DNA of 64,000 bases from an uncultured Acidimicrobiaceae bacterium (lineage in GTDB: Bacteria > Actinomycetota > Acidimicrobiia > Acidimicrobiales > RAAP-2). Location of the stretch: NCBI GenBank assembly GCA_963740535.1, contig CAVUEI010000002.1, positions 59,743 through 123,742 of the forward strand. The letters run 5' to 3'. The number at the start of each line of letters is the position of its first letter. The stretch's first letter is position 1. Below, in pieces: positions 22,037 through 33,262 of the stretch. The position numbers and the translations under genes were made by a program. The notes beneath the pieces were generated by a model. The model searched no databases. It was not told where the DNA came from and saw only the letters and a list, made by a program, of their open reading frames with translations.

Positions 22037-23609
22037 GTGGCACGGGTACTGGTAACGGAGAAGATCGCGCAGAGCGGGCTGGACCTGCTGGCGGACGCCG
22101 GCCACGAGGTCGACGTCCAGGTGGGGCTCACCCCCGAGCAGTTGCTCGACGGCGATCCCGGGCGCCCACGCGCTGATCATCCGCTCGGCCACCCAGGTCA
22201 CCGCGGACGTCCTGGCCGCGGGGACGTCGCTCCAGGTCGTCGGCCGGGCCGGGGTCGGCCTCGACAACGTCGACGTGACCGCCGCCACCGAGCGCGGCGT
22301 CATGGTCGTCAACGCCCCGACGTCGAACATCCTCTCCGTCGCCGAGCAGGCCATGGCGCTGCTCCTGGCGCAGGCCCGCAACATCCCCCAGGCCCACGCC
22401 GCGCTCGTGGCCGGCCGCTGGGAGCGTTCGAAGTGGGAGGGCGTCGAGCTGCACGGCAAGGTGCTCGGCGTCGTCGGCCTCGGCCGGGTCGGCTCGCTGG
22501 TGGCCCAGCGCGCCCACGCCTTCGGCATGGAGCTCATCGGCTACGACCCCTTCGTGTCCCAGGAGCGGGCCCGGGCCATGGGGGTGCGCCTGGTCAGCAT
22601 CGAGGAGCTGGTGGCGCAGGCGGACTTCGTCTCCATCCACACCCCCAAGACGCCCGAGACCCTCGGCCTGTTCGGGCGCGACCTGCTGGCCAAGGCCAAG
22701 CCGGGCATCCGCATCGTCAACACGGCCCGGGGCGGCATCGTCGACGAGGAGGCGCTGGCCGAAGCCATCCGCGACGGCATCGTGGCGGGGGCGGGCCTCG
22801 ACGTGTTCGCCACCGAGCCCTGCACCGAGTCGCCGCTGTTCGAGCTGCCCGGCGTCGTCGTGTCGCCGCACCTGGGCGCGTCGACCGAGGAGGCGCAGGA
22901 CAAGGCCGGCGTCACCATCGCCGAGCAGGTCCTCCTGGCGCTGGCCGGCGACTTCGTGCCCTACGCGGTCAACGTGGCGGCGCGGGACGTCTCGGACACG
23001 GTGCGCACGTTCATGGGCCTGGCCGAGCAGCTGGGCCGCTTCTTCGTCGGGCTCCACGACGGCCTGCCCGATTCCATCGACATGGAGTACCAGGGCGAGC
23101 TGGCGGGGGAGGACACGGGCATCCTCACGCTCTCGGTCCTGAAGGGGATCTTCGGCGGGTCGACCGAGGAGCCGGTCTCCTACGTCAACGCGCCGCAGCT
23201 GGCGGCCCAGCGCGGCCTGCAGGTGCGCGAGTCGTCCACTTCCACGTCGCACGACTACAAGTCGCTGGTCACCCTTCGCTCGGGCTCGCACTCGGTCGCC
23301 GGCACGTTGATCACCGTGGGCCTGCGCACCGAGCCCCGCATCGTGATCGTCGACGAGCACGTCGTCGAGGTGCCGCCGTCGACCCACATGCTCGTCGTGC
23401 GCAACGACGACCGCCCCGGCGTGATCGGCATCGTCGGCACCGCGCTCGGTGCGGCGGGAGTCTCCATCTCGTCCATGGCCGTGGGGCCGCTCCCCGAGTC
23501 GTCGACCGCCATGATGGTGATCTCGACGACGACACCGGCACCGGACGTGGTCGTCGAGCAGCTGCGCGGCGACGAGGGGATTCTCGACATCCACCGCGTC
23601 ACGCTCTGA
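22037..23609 (+). pseudogene. serA: D-3-phosphoglycerate dehydrogenase, frame shift near 22150
   Basis: MARVLVTEKIAQSGLDLLADAGHEVDVQVGLTPEQLL joins ORF 22275-23609 (GVVGLGRVGSLVAQRA..., C-terminal ACT domain). Confidence 0.9.
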
Positions 23610-23696
23610 GGACGCGCGTCGGGCGGGCCGTGTCGGGCGCATGGCGGCGGGCGGCGCTGCCCCTTATGGGTCAGCGTCCGAGAGCGGTCGTTTCGC

Positions 23697-23867
23697 TCAG
23701 GACGGTGTCTTGCGCGGGACGGCGGGCCACGTGTCGAGGCTGCCGATGACAGGCTCGCTCCCGTGGAGCGCGCGCTGCGGGGCGCGGTCGAGCAGGACGG
23801 CGCGTACCACCGCGACGACGGCGATCACCAGAGCGGCCCGGACCAATGTCGAGAGGAGGCGGCGCAT
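23697..23867 (-). CDS. Possible small membrane protein
   Basis: 56-aa ORF MRRLLSTLVRAALVIAVVAVVRAVLL... with one hydrophobic helix. No other support. Confidence 0.2.
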   Translation of the reverse strand: MRRLLSTLVRAALVIAVVAVVRAVLLDRAPQRALHGSEPVIGSLDTWPAVPRKTPS

Positions 23868-23891
23868 CCGACCACGGTAGCGTGACCCGGC

Positions 23892-24248
23892 ATGGCCACC
23901 TTCCAGAGCATCGCCCCGATCTTCCCCGCGGCGGACATGGACGCGATGCGGGCGCACTACGAGACCCTGGGCTTCGACGTGCGCGTGCATGAGGGTGGCT
24001 ACGGCACCGCCTCCCGGGACGGCATCCGGCTCCACTTCAGGCACGAGCCGGAATTGGCGGACACGACGGGGCGGGGAGCCGCCTATATCGGCGTGGACGA
24101 CGCCGACGCGCTCCACAGAGAGTGGACGGCGGCGGGCGTGGGCGAGACGAGCGAGCTGTTCGATCCCGGCTTCGGGGTGTGGGAGGCCGCACACACAGAC
24201 GGTGACGGCAACCTGCTGCGATTCGGCTCTCCGTTGCGGCGCCCTTGA
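23892..24248 (+). CDS. VOC/bleomycin-resistance family protein
   Basis: 118 aa with FDVRVHEGGYGTASRDGIRLHF...DGDGNLLRFG. Confidence 0.7.
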   Translation: MATFQSIAPIFPAADMDAMRAHYETLGFDVRVHEGGYGTASRDGIRLHFRHEPELADTTGRGAAYIGVDDADALHREWTAAGVGETSELFDPGFGVWEAAHTDGDGNLLRFGSPLRRP

Positions 24249-24283
24249 CGGTGGCCCCGTCGAATGGGACAATTACCCTTGAA

Positions 24284-24322
24284 ATGAGCAAGACCACGAC
24301 TTCCGAGCTGCTGCTTACCTGA
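24284..24322 (+). CDS. leuA leader peptide MSKTTTSELLLT
   Basis: 12-codon ORF with three consecutive Leu codons (ctg ctg ctt). Two hairpins follow the stop. Confidence 0.6.
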   Translation: MSKTTTSELLLT

Positions 24323-26613
<2,291 letters not shown>

Positions 26614-26746
26614 GGCCGGGTCGTCCTCGCGAGCTCCTCGATTGGGAGACCTGAGCCCCGGCGATCGTTTTCAGAACTCTAAACAACAATGTGTAGAGTC
26701 TGGGGAAACGTGGCCGGCCTCCGTCAGCATCTGCCGCTGACACCTC

Positions 26747-26788
26747 TTGACTGGGTTCATTACCGTAAGTTAGAACTTACGGTAAGTG
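26747..26788 (+). promoter_or_regulatory. Promoter plus perfect 11-2-11 palindrome (ArsR operator candidate)
   Basis: TTGACT 26747-26752. TACCGTAAGTT-AG-AACTTACGGTA spans 26761-26784 and ends 1 nt before the GTG at 26786. Confidence 0.55.
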
Positions 26789-27100
26789 GTTACTTACACA
26801 CATGCCCTGGGCGCCCTCGGGGACCCGACCCGGAGAGCCATCTTCGAGCAACTCGGCGAGCGGCCCGCCGCCGTCGTCGACCTCGCCGCCCTCCTCCCCG
26901 TGAGCCGGCCGGCAGTGTCCCAGCACCTGAAGGTCCTGAAGGACGCCGGCCTCGTGCGGGACGTGAAGAGGGGCACGCGCCGGGTCTACAGCCTCGACCC
27001 CGAGGGGATCGCCGGTCTGCGTGACTACCTCGATCGCTTCTGGAACACAGCACTGCACTCGTTCAAAGCCCGAATCGAGCAACAGGAGGAGAACCCATGA
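26786..27100 (+). CDS. ArsR/SmtB-family transcriptional regulator
   Basis: LGALGDPTRRAIFEQLGERPAAVVDLAALLPVSRPAVSQHLKVLKDAGLV. Confidence 0.85.
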   Translation: MVTYTHALGALGDPTRRAIFEQLGERPAAVVDLAALLPVSRPAVSQHLKVLKDAGLVRDVKRGTRRVYSLDPEGIAGLRDYLDRFWNTALHSFKARIEQQEENP

Positions 27101-27585
27101 CCGACACCACCGCCGTCAGCACCTCCATCGTCGTGGAGGCCCCGGTCGACAAGGCGTTCGCCGTGTTCACCGAGGACATCGGGAGCTGGTGGCCCCCCGA
27201 GCACCACATCCTGCAGGCGCCACTCGGCGCCATGGTCTTCGAGCCGACTGTGGGAGGGCACGTCTACGACGTCGGCACGGACGGGAGCGAGTGCCGCTGG
27301 GCGCGCGTGCTCGCCTACGAGCCTCCGGGCCGGGTGGTGTTCAGCTGGGATATCAGCCTCCAGTGGCAGGTCGAGACCGACCCCGGCAGGACGAGCGAGG
27401 TCGAGGTGCGTTTCATCCCCGAGGGCGAGAGCCGCACCCGGGTCGAGCTCGAGCACCGGCACATCGACCGTCACGGCGACGGCTGGGAGGCCATGCGCGA
27501 CGCCGTCGGCTCGCCCGAAGGCTGGGGCGTGGGCCTGCGGCGCTTCGCCAGCCAGGCCACGCACACATCGGCCGCCGAGGTCTGA
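27097..27585 (+). CDS. SRPBCC (Aha1/START-like) domain protein
   Basis: 162 aa. The 4-nt overlap with ArsR mirrors the pair at 10.7-11.6 kb. Confidence 0.75.
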   Translation: MTDTTAVSTSIVVEAPVDKAFAVFTEDIGSWWPPEHHILQAPLGAMVFEPTVGGHVYDVGTDGSECRWARVLAYEPPGRVVFSWDISLQWQVETDPGRTSEVEVRFIPEGESRTRVELEHRHIDRHGDGWEAMRDAVGSPEGWGVGLRRFASQATHTSAAEV

Positions 27586-27596
27586 CGTCCCTCGGC

Positions 27597-28478
27597 CTAC
27601 CCGTACCCGCCGCTCGGGATGTACGGGCTCGGGGGGCCGTCCATACCGCGCACCATGACCGGCCCGAAGGGCTGGAGCGCGATGCCGGCCTCGGCGACCA
27701 CCGCGATGGCCCACTGCTGCGCCGAGGTCAGCCAGTTGATCTCGATCGTCTCGCCCGGCGGCGCCTCGGCGAGCATCGCCCGCAGCACCAGCGAGGCGGA
27801 CTCCTCGTCACGGGCTCCGAGCGTCACGATGCGCTCGTCCCGGGCGACGGCATAGCCCCTCTCCGCGTGGAGCAGCAACCGGCTGCCCGGCTGGGAGAGC
27901 ATCGAGACGATGTCGATCGTCCGAGCCGACCCGCGCACCACGCGGTCGATGGCGGCGACCACGGCCAGCTCGGCGTCGCCCACCTGTGGCGGCTCGACGC
28001 GGCGCACCTCCGGCGGACGCTCCACCGCGCCGGGGCGCATCACGCCCCACGCCGCCACGACGGGGTGCAGCGAAAACCCGAAGCTCGAGTAGAGCGCCAT
28101 CGCCTTGGGGTCGCGAGAGCACTGGATCGTCCCGGGACTACCGGGGTCGCCGTGGGAGAGGGCCAGGCGGAGCAGCTCGCGTCCGACGCCGTGGCCCTGC
28201 CGTCCGGGCACCGTGCCGAGCTGCGAGAGCATCCAGTAGTCCTCGCGGACGAAGGACTGCGACATGCCGATCACGCTGCCGTCGGCCTCGGCCACCCAGG
28301 AGCCGGCCGGGTCCGTTCCGAGGAAGTGACGCGTCCGCTCCTGACGTCGCCGCTCGTCCTGCAGGGTGTTGCCCGTCACCGGAAGGTGGTGTCGGGCCTG
28401 CATGGCCACCAACCCCGCCTCGAAGGCGGCGACCCCGTCCGGCACGTCGGCCTCGACCATCGGGCGGAAGGTCACCAT
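27597..28478 (-). CDS. GNAT-family acetyltransferase (two-domain)
   Basis: Start taken at MVTFRPMVEADV inside ORF 27597-28571. Motif LGTVPGRQGHGVGRELL. Confidence 0.7.
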   Translation of the reverse strand: MVTFRPMVEADVPDGVAAFEAGLVAMQARHHLPVTGNTLQDERRRQERTRHFLGTDPAGSWVAEADGSVIGMSQSFVREDYWMLSQLGTVPGRQGHGVGRELLRLALSHGDPGSPGTIQCSRDPKAMALYSSFGFSLHPVVAAWGVMRPGAVERPPEVRRVEPPQVGDAELAVVAAIDRVVRGSARTIDIVSMLSQPGSRLLLHAERGYAVARDERIVTLGARDEESASLVLRAMLAEAPPGETIEINWLTSAQQWAIAVVAEAGIALQPFGPVMVRGMDGPPSPYIPSGGYG

Positions 28479-28483
28479 GGCCG

Positions 28484-29073
28484 TCAGGCCGAGGGCAGGA
28501 AGGCAGGGCGCCGTCGCTCGTAGGCCGCGATGTCGTCCGCGTAGCGCAGCGACAGGCCGATGTCGTCCCATCCGTTGAGCAGGCGTTCGCGGGTGAACTC
28601 GTCGAGAGGGAACGTGCCGGCCAGCCCGGCCGCCGGCGCCTCGATCGTCCCCCGCGCCACGTCAATGGTGAACTCGAGCGTGGGGTCCTTCTCCACGGCG
28701 TCGAGCAGCGCGCGGTCGAGCTCCTCGGAGACCTGCACCGGCAACAGCCCCTGCTTGGTGCAGTTGTTGCGGAAGATGTCGGCGAAGCGCGAGGAGACGA
28801 CGGCCTGGAATCCGTAGTCCATCAGGGCCCACACTGCGTGCTCGCGGGAGGAGCCGGTGCCGAAGTTGTGCCCGGCCACGAGGATGGTCGCCCCGACGAA
28901 CTCGGGCTGTTGAGCACGAAGTCGCGGTCGTCGCGCCACTCGGAGAAGAGCCCGGCGCCGAATCCGGTCCGCTCCACGCGCTTGAGCCAGTCCGAGGGGA
29001 TGATCTGATCGGTGTCGACGTCCGTGCGGTCCAGCGGCACGGCACGTCCAGTGACGACAATGACGGGCTCCAT
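28484..29073 (-). pseudogene. leuD: 3-isopropylmalate dehydratase small subunit, frame shift near 28910
   Basis: [47 protein letters not shown] joins ORF 28484-28939 ([21 protein letters not shown]...). Confidence 0.88.
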
Positions 29074-30475
29074 CAGTCCAGGTCCTCCGGGGTGGCGAAC
29101 GTGCCGGCCACGGCTGTGGCGGCGGCGACCCTGGGGGACACCAAGTGGGTGCGGCCGCCGCGCCCCTGGCGCCCCTCGAAGTTTCGGTTGGAGGTCGATG
29201 CGCAACGCTCGCCCACCGCGAGCTTGTCCGGGTTCATGGCCAGGCACATGGAGCAGCCCGGCTCGCGCCACTCGAAGCCCGCGGCCGTGAACACCTTGTC
29301 CAGGCCCTCCGCCTCCGCCTGCGCCTTGACCCGATGGGAGCCGGGCACCGCCAGCGCACGCAGCCCCTTGTGCACGGTCCGCCCCTCCAGCACCGCGGCG
29401 GCGGCCCGGAAGTCCTCGATGCGCGAGTTGGTGCAGCTGCCCAGGAAGACCGTGTCGACCTTGATGTCGCGCATCGGCGTCCCGGCCTGCAGTCCCATGT
29501 ACGCCAGCGCACGCTCGGCGGCCTCGCGGTCCCCGGCGTCCGCCATGGCTGCGGGGTCGGGCACCGTGCCGGCGAGGGGCGCCACCTGCGCCGGGTTCGT
29601 GCCCCAGGTGACTTGGGGCGTGATGTCGGCCGCGTCGAGCACGACCTCCTTGTCGAAGGTTGCCCCCTCGTCCGTCGGGAGGGTGCGCCAGTAGGCGACG
29701 GCCTCGTCCCAGGCGTCGCCGGTGGGGGCGTGGTCGCGGCCCCGCACGTACTCGTACGTGGTCTCGTCGGGCGCGACCAGGCCGGCCCGGGCGCCGCCCT
29801 CGATCGACATGTTGCACAGCGTCATCCGCCCCTCCATGGTGAGGCCCCGGATGGCCGAGCCCCGGTACTCGATCACGTGGCCCATGCCGCCGCCGGTGCC
29901 GATGGTGCCGATGACTGCGAGCGCGATGTCCTTGGCGGTGACGCCGGGGGCAGCTCGCCCTCGACCGTGACCGCCATCGTCTTCGGCCGCACCTGGGGCA
30001 GCGTCTGGGTGGCGAGCACGTGCTCGACCTCGCTGGTGCCGATGCCGAAGGCGATGGCGCCGAAGGCGCCGTGGGTGGAGGTGTGGCTGTCGCCGCAGAC
30101 GATCGTCATCCCGGGCTGCGTCCATCCCTGCTCGGGCCCGATGATGTGGACGATGCCCTGGTTGGCGTCGCCCATCGGGTAGCAGGTGATGCCGAACTCG
30201 GCCGCGTTGTCGTCGAGGACCTTGAGCTGCAGGGCGGAGACCGGGTCGGCCACCGGCTTGTCGATGTCGGTGGTGGGGACGTTGTGGTCCGCCGTGGCCA
30301 CCGTGAGGTCGGGCCGGTGCACCGTGCGCCCGGCGAGCCGCAGCCCGTCGAAGGCCTGGGGCGAGGTGACCTCGTGCACGAGGTGGAGGTCGATGAAGAG
30401 CAGGTCGGGCTCGCCCTCTGTCGCGTGGACGACGTGGGCGTCCCAGATCTTCTCGCTGAGCGTGCGCGGCGCCAT
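29073..30475 (-). pseudogene. leuC: 3-isopropylmalate dehydratase large subunit, frame shift near 29950
   Basis: [16 protein letters not shown]...[33 protein letters not shown] joins the frame of ORF 29073-30824 (...[11 protein letters not shown]...[11 protein letters not shown]...[13 protein letters not shown]). The stop overlaps the leuD ATG. Confidence 0.9.
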
Positions 30476-30975
30476 CAACGGTGGACGGCCACGATGTGGA
30501 CCTTGAGCATGCCGCCTGGTGCCTGGTAGTCCACGGTGTCCCCGGCATTGCGGCCGACCAGCACCTGGCCGAGCGGCGAGCTGGGAGAGACCACCGGCAG
30601 GTCTCCCTGGCGCTCCTCAATGGACCCCACGAAGAACGCCTGGGTGTCGTCCTCGTCGTCGCCCTCGTAGCGGAGCTCCACCGTGCTGCCGAGAGAGATG
30701 GACCCGTCTTCGGACCCGGCCTCGCTGACGATCTCGACGTGCTTGAGCATCGCCTGCAACTGGCGGATGCGCGACTCCATCTTCCCCTGGGCGTCCTTGG
30801 CCGCGTGGTAGTCGCCGTTCTCACTCAGGTCGCCGAGTGCCCGGGCCGCCTCGATGTGCTGCGCGATCTCCACCCGGCCCCGGGTGGTCAGGTCTTCGAG
30901 CTCGGCCACGAGCCGGTCGTGCGTGGCCTGGGTCAGTTTGGTCGTCTCGGTCTGGTTGGCTGAAGCGTTCGTCAC
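30475..30975 (-). CDS. greA: Transcription elongation factor GreA
   Basis: GTG start at 30975. Contains [60 protein letters not shown]. Confidence 0.88.
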   Translation of the reverse strand: MTNASANQTETTKLTQATHDRLVAELEDLTTRGRVEIAQHIEAARALGDLSENGDYHAAKDAQGKMESRIRQLQAMLKHVEIVSEAGSEDGSISLGSTVELRYEGDDEDDTQAFFVGSIEERQGDLPVVSPSSPLGQVLVGRNAGDTVDYQAPGGMLKVHIVAVHR

Positions 30976-31118
30976 GGGGTGTCCTTCGGGAGCGGGTGTG
31001 CGGGCGGTGCGGTGCACTGCGCCGGCATGGACAAGGCTAATCGGCCCGGCATGGTCGCTTGGCCGGCCCGGCACCCTGTGTTGACGGAGCCGTCCGGCTG
31101 CGAGAGACTGGAGCGGCT

Positions 31119-31157
31119 ATGCACCGTTCCGAGCACCTCGTAGGCATTATTCACTAG
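31119..31157 (+). CDS. leuB-ilvE-cimA leader peptide MHRSEHLVGIIH
   Basis: SD GGAG at 31110-31113 lies 5 nt before the ATG. The 12-codon ORF contains Leu-Val-Gly-Ile-Ile, and its stop runs into a GC hairpin. Confidence 0.5.
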   Translation: MHRSEHLVGIIH

Positions 31158-31185
31158 GCGCGCACCACCCCAGCGCGCCTTCGAA

Positions 31186-31209
31186 CCGTCCACCGAGTGG
31201 GCGGTTTTT
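31186..31209 (+). terminator. Attenuator terminator of the leuB leader
   Basis: CCGTCCAC (31186-31193) pairs with GTGGGCGG (31197-31204) with one G-U pair and loop CGA, followed by TTTTT. It is preceded by the hairpin GGCGCGC 31157-31163 / GCGCGCC 31173-31179. Confidence 0.6.
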
Positions 31210-31265
31210 CAATTCCGGGGCGGGTTCAAGCTCCGGGTGCACCGGGACGACAGAAGAAAGGAACA

Positions 31266-32327
31266 ATGAGGACAGTGAGCACCGGCAGCGCCAGGCATCG
31301 GGTGGCCGTCATCGGCGGTGACGGCATCGGGCCGGAGGTCTGTGCGGAGGCCCTCAAGGTGGTGGCTGCGGCAGGGGTCGACCTGGACACCACCGCATTC
31401 GACCTCGGCGCCGCCCGCTACCTGCGCGACGGCACCGTCCTGCCCGACGAGACCCTGGCCGAGCTGCGAGGCTTCGACGCCATCCTCCTCGGTGCCGTCG
31501 GCCCGCCCGTCGGCGACACGGCGGTCCCTCCGGGGACCCTCGAGCGCGGCATGCTGCTCCGCCTCCGCTTCAGTCTCGATCTCTACGTCAACCTGCGCCC
31601 CTTCGCAGGCGTCCCGGGTTCGGTCGCGGCCGGTGCCGACTTCATGGTCGTCCGGGAGAACACCGAGGGCACCTACGCCGGTGAGGGCGGGTTCCTGCGC
31701 AAGGGGACGCCGTACGAGGTCGCCACGCAGGGTTCGGTCAACACCCGTCACGGCGTGGAGCGGTGCGCGCGCTTCGCCTTCGAGCTGGCGGAGCGCCGGC
31801 CGGACCGCCATCTGACCCTCGTGCACAAGACGAACGTGCTGACGTTCGCCGGCGACCTGTGGCACCGCACGGTCAGCGAGGTGTCGGCCGACTACCCGGA
31901 GATCGAGTGGGACTACAACCACGTGGACGCCGCCTGCATCTACCTCGTGGAGGACCCCAAGCGCTACGACGTCATCGTCACCGACAACCTGTTCGGTGAC
32001 ATCCTCACCGACCTGGCCGGCGCCGTCAGCGGCGGCATCGGCTTCGCAGCCTCGGCCAACCTGAACCCCGCCCGCACCGGTCCTTCGCTCTTCGAGCCGG
32101 TGCACGGCGCCGCCCACGACATCGCAGGCAAGGGGATCGCCAATCCGCTCGCCGCCATCCACTCGGCCGCCCTCATGCTCGAGCACCTCGGCGAGACCGA
32201 CGCGGCCGAGCGCATCGTGAAGGCGGTCGCCGACCAGACCGACGCCATGTCGAACCCAGATCTCCCCACTTCCAAAGAGCAGCTGTCCACGACCGCCGTG
32301 GGCGACGCCATCGCAGAAAGGCTGTAG
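31266..32327 (+). CDS. leuB: 3-isopropylmalate dehydrogenase
   Basis: [25 protein letters not shown]...[11 protein letters not shown]... Confidence 0.92.
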   Translation: MRTVSTGSARHRVAVIGGDGIGPEVCAEALKVVAAAGVDLDTTAFDLGAARYLRDGTVLPDETLAELRGFDAILLGAVGPPVGDTAVPPGTLERGMLLRLRFSLDLYVNLRPFAGVPGSVAAGADFMVVRENTEGTYAGEGGFLRKGTPYEVATQGSVNTRHGVERCARFAFELAERRPDRHLTLVHKTNVLTFAGDLWHRTVSEVSADYPEIEWDYNHVDAACIYLVEDPKRYDVIVTDNLFGDILTDLAGAVSGGIGFAASANLNPARTGPSLFEPVHGAAHDIAGKGIANPLAAIHSAALMLEHLGETDAAERIVKAVADQTDAMSNPDLPTSKEQLSTTAVGDAIAERL

Positions 32328-32332
32328 CCGCC

Positions 32333-33262
32333 ATGCCCATCACCCCGACCGAGAAGATCTGGATGGACGGCGAGCTCGTCGACTGGGCCGACGCCACGGT
32401 GCACGTGCTCACCCACACCATGCACTATGGCTCTGGCGTCTTCGAGGGCATCCGCGCCTACCCGACGAGCCGGGGCGTCGCGGTGTTCCGGCTGGGCGAC
32501 CACATCCGCCGCCTGTTCGCCTCGGCCAAGATCTTCATGATCGACGTCCCCTTCACGGTGGACGAGATCATGGAGGCCACCCGTCTCGTCGTGCGCGTCA
32601 ACGGGATGCACGACGGCTGCTACCTGCGACCGCTGGTCTACCTCGGCTACGGGGAAATGGGCCTCAACCCCCTGCCCTGCCCGGTGAACGTCTCCGTTGC
32701 GGCTTGGCCCTGGGGCACCTACCTGGGCGACGAGGGGATTGCCAACGGCGTGTCGTGCAAGATCAGCTCGTGGCAGCGCCACGACCCCAACGCCGTGCCG
32801 ACTGCGGCCAAGGGCACCGGCATGTACGTCAACTCTTCGCTGGCCAAGGTCGAGGCGATCAAGGCCGGCTACGACGAGGCCATCCTGCTCGCCCCCAACG
32901 GCCGGGTCAGCGAGTGCACGGGCGAGAACATCTTCATTGTGCGCGACGGCGTCATCATCACGCCGCCGACCTCCGACGCCGGGGCACTCGAGGGCATCAC
33001 GCAGGACTCCGTCGAGACCATCGCGCGCGATCTCGGGTACGAGGTGCGCCACGAGCACATCATCCGCACCGACCTCTACCTGGCCGACGAGGCGTTCCTC
33101 ACGGGAACCGCGGCAGAGGTGGTGCCGATCCGCGCCGTCGACGATCGGCCCGTCGGGCCGGGGCACCCCGGCCGGATCACCAAGGAGATCCAGCAGGCCT
33201 ACTTCGCCACCGTGCGCGGCGAGGTCGACCAGTACAAGGAATGGCTGGACCATGTCGACTGA
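32333..33262 (+). CDS. ilvE: Branched-chain amino acid aminotransferase
   Basis: 309 aa with HYGSGVFEGIRAY, EGITQDSV and GTAAEVVPI. Lies 5 nt after leuB. Confidence 0.9.
   Translation: MPITPTEKIWMDGELVDWADATVHVLTHTMHYGSGVFEGIRAYPTSRGVAVFRLGDHIRRLFASAKIFMIDVPFTVDEIMEATRLVVRVNGMHDGCYLRPLVYLGYGEMGLNPLPCPVNVSVAAWPWGTYLGDEGIANGVSCKISSWQRHDPNAVPTAAKGTGMYVNSSLAKVEAIKAGYDEAILLAPNGRVSECTGENIFIVRDGVIITPPTSDAGALEGITQDSVETIARDLGYEVRHEHIIRTDLYLADEAFLTGTAAEVVPIRAVDDRPVGPGHPGRITKEIQQAYFATVRGEVDQYKEWLDHVD

Noticed and set aside
26668-26700. An AT-rich imperfect inverted repeat, CAGAACTCTA...TAGAGTCTG, upstream of the ArsR promoter. It was considered as another TAGAAC-type operator.
   Set aside because: The arms need a bulge, the spacing (12 nt) differs from the 6-2-6 sites, and only AGAAC is shared. 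It may simply be the terminator region of the upstream GNAT gene.
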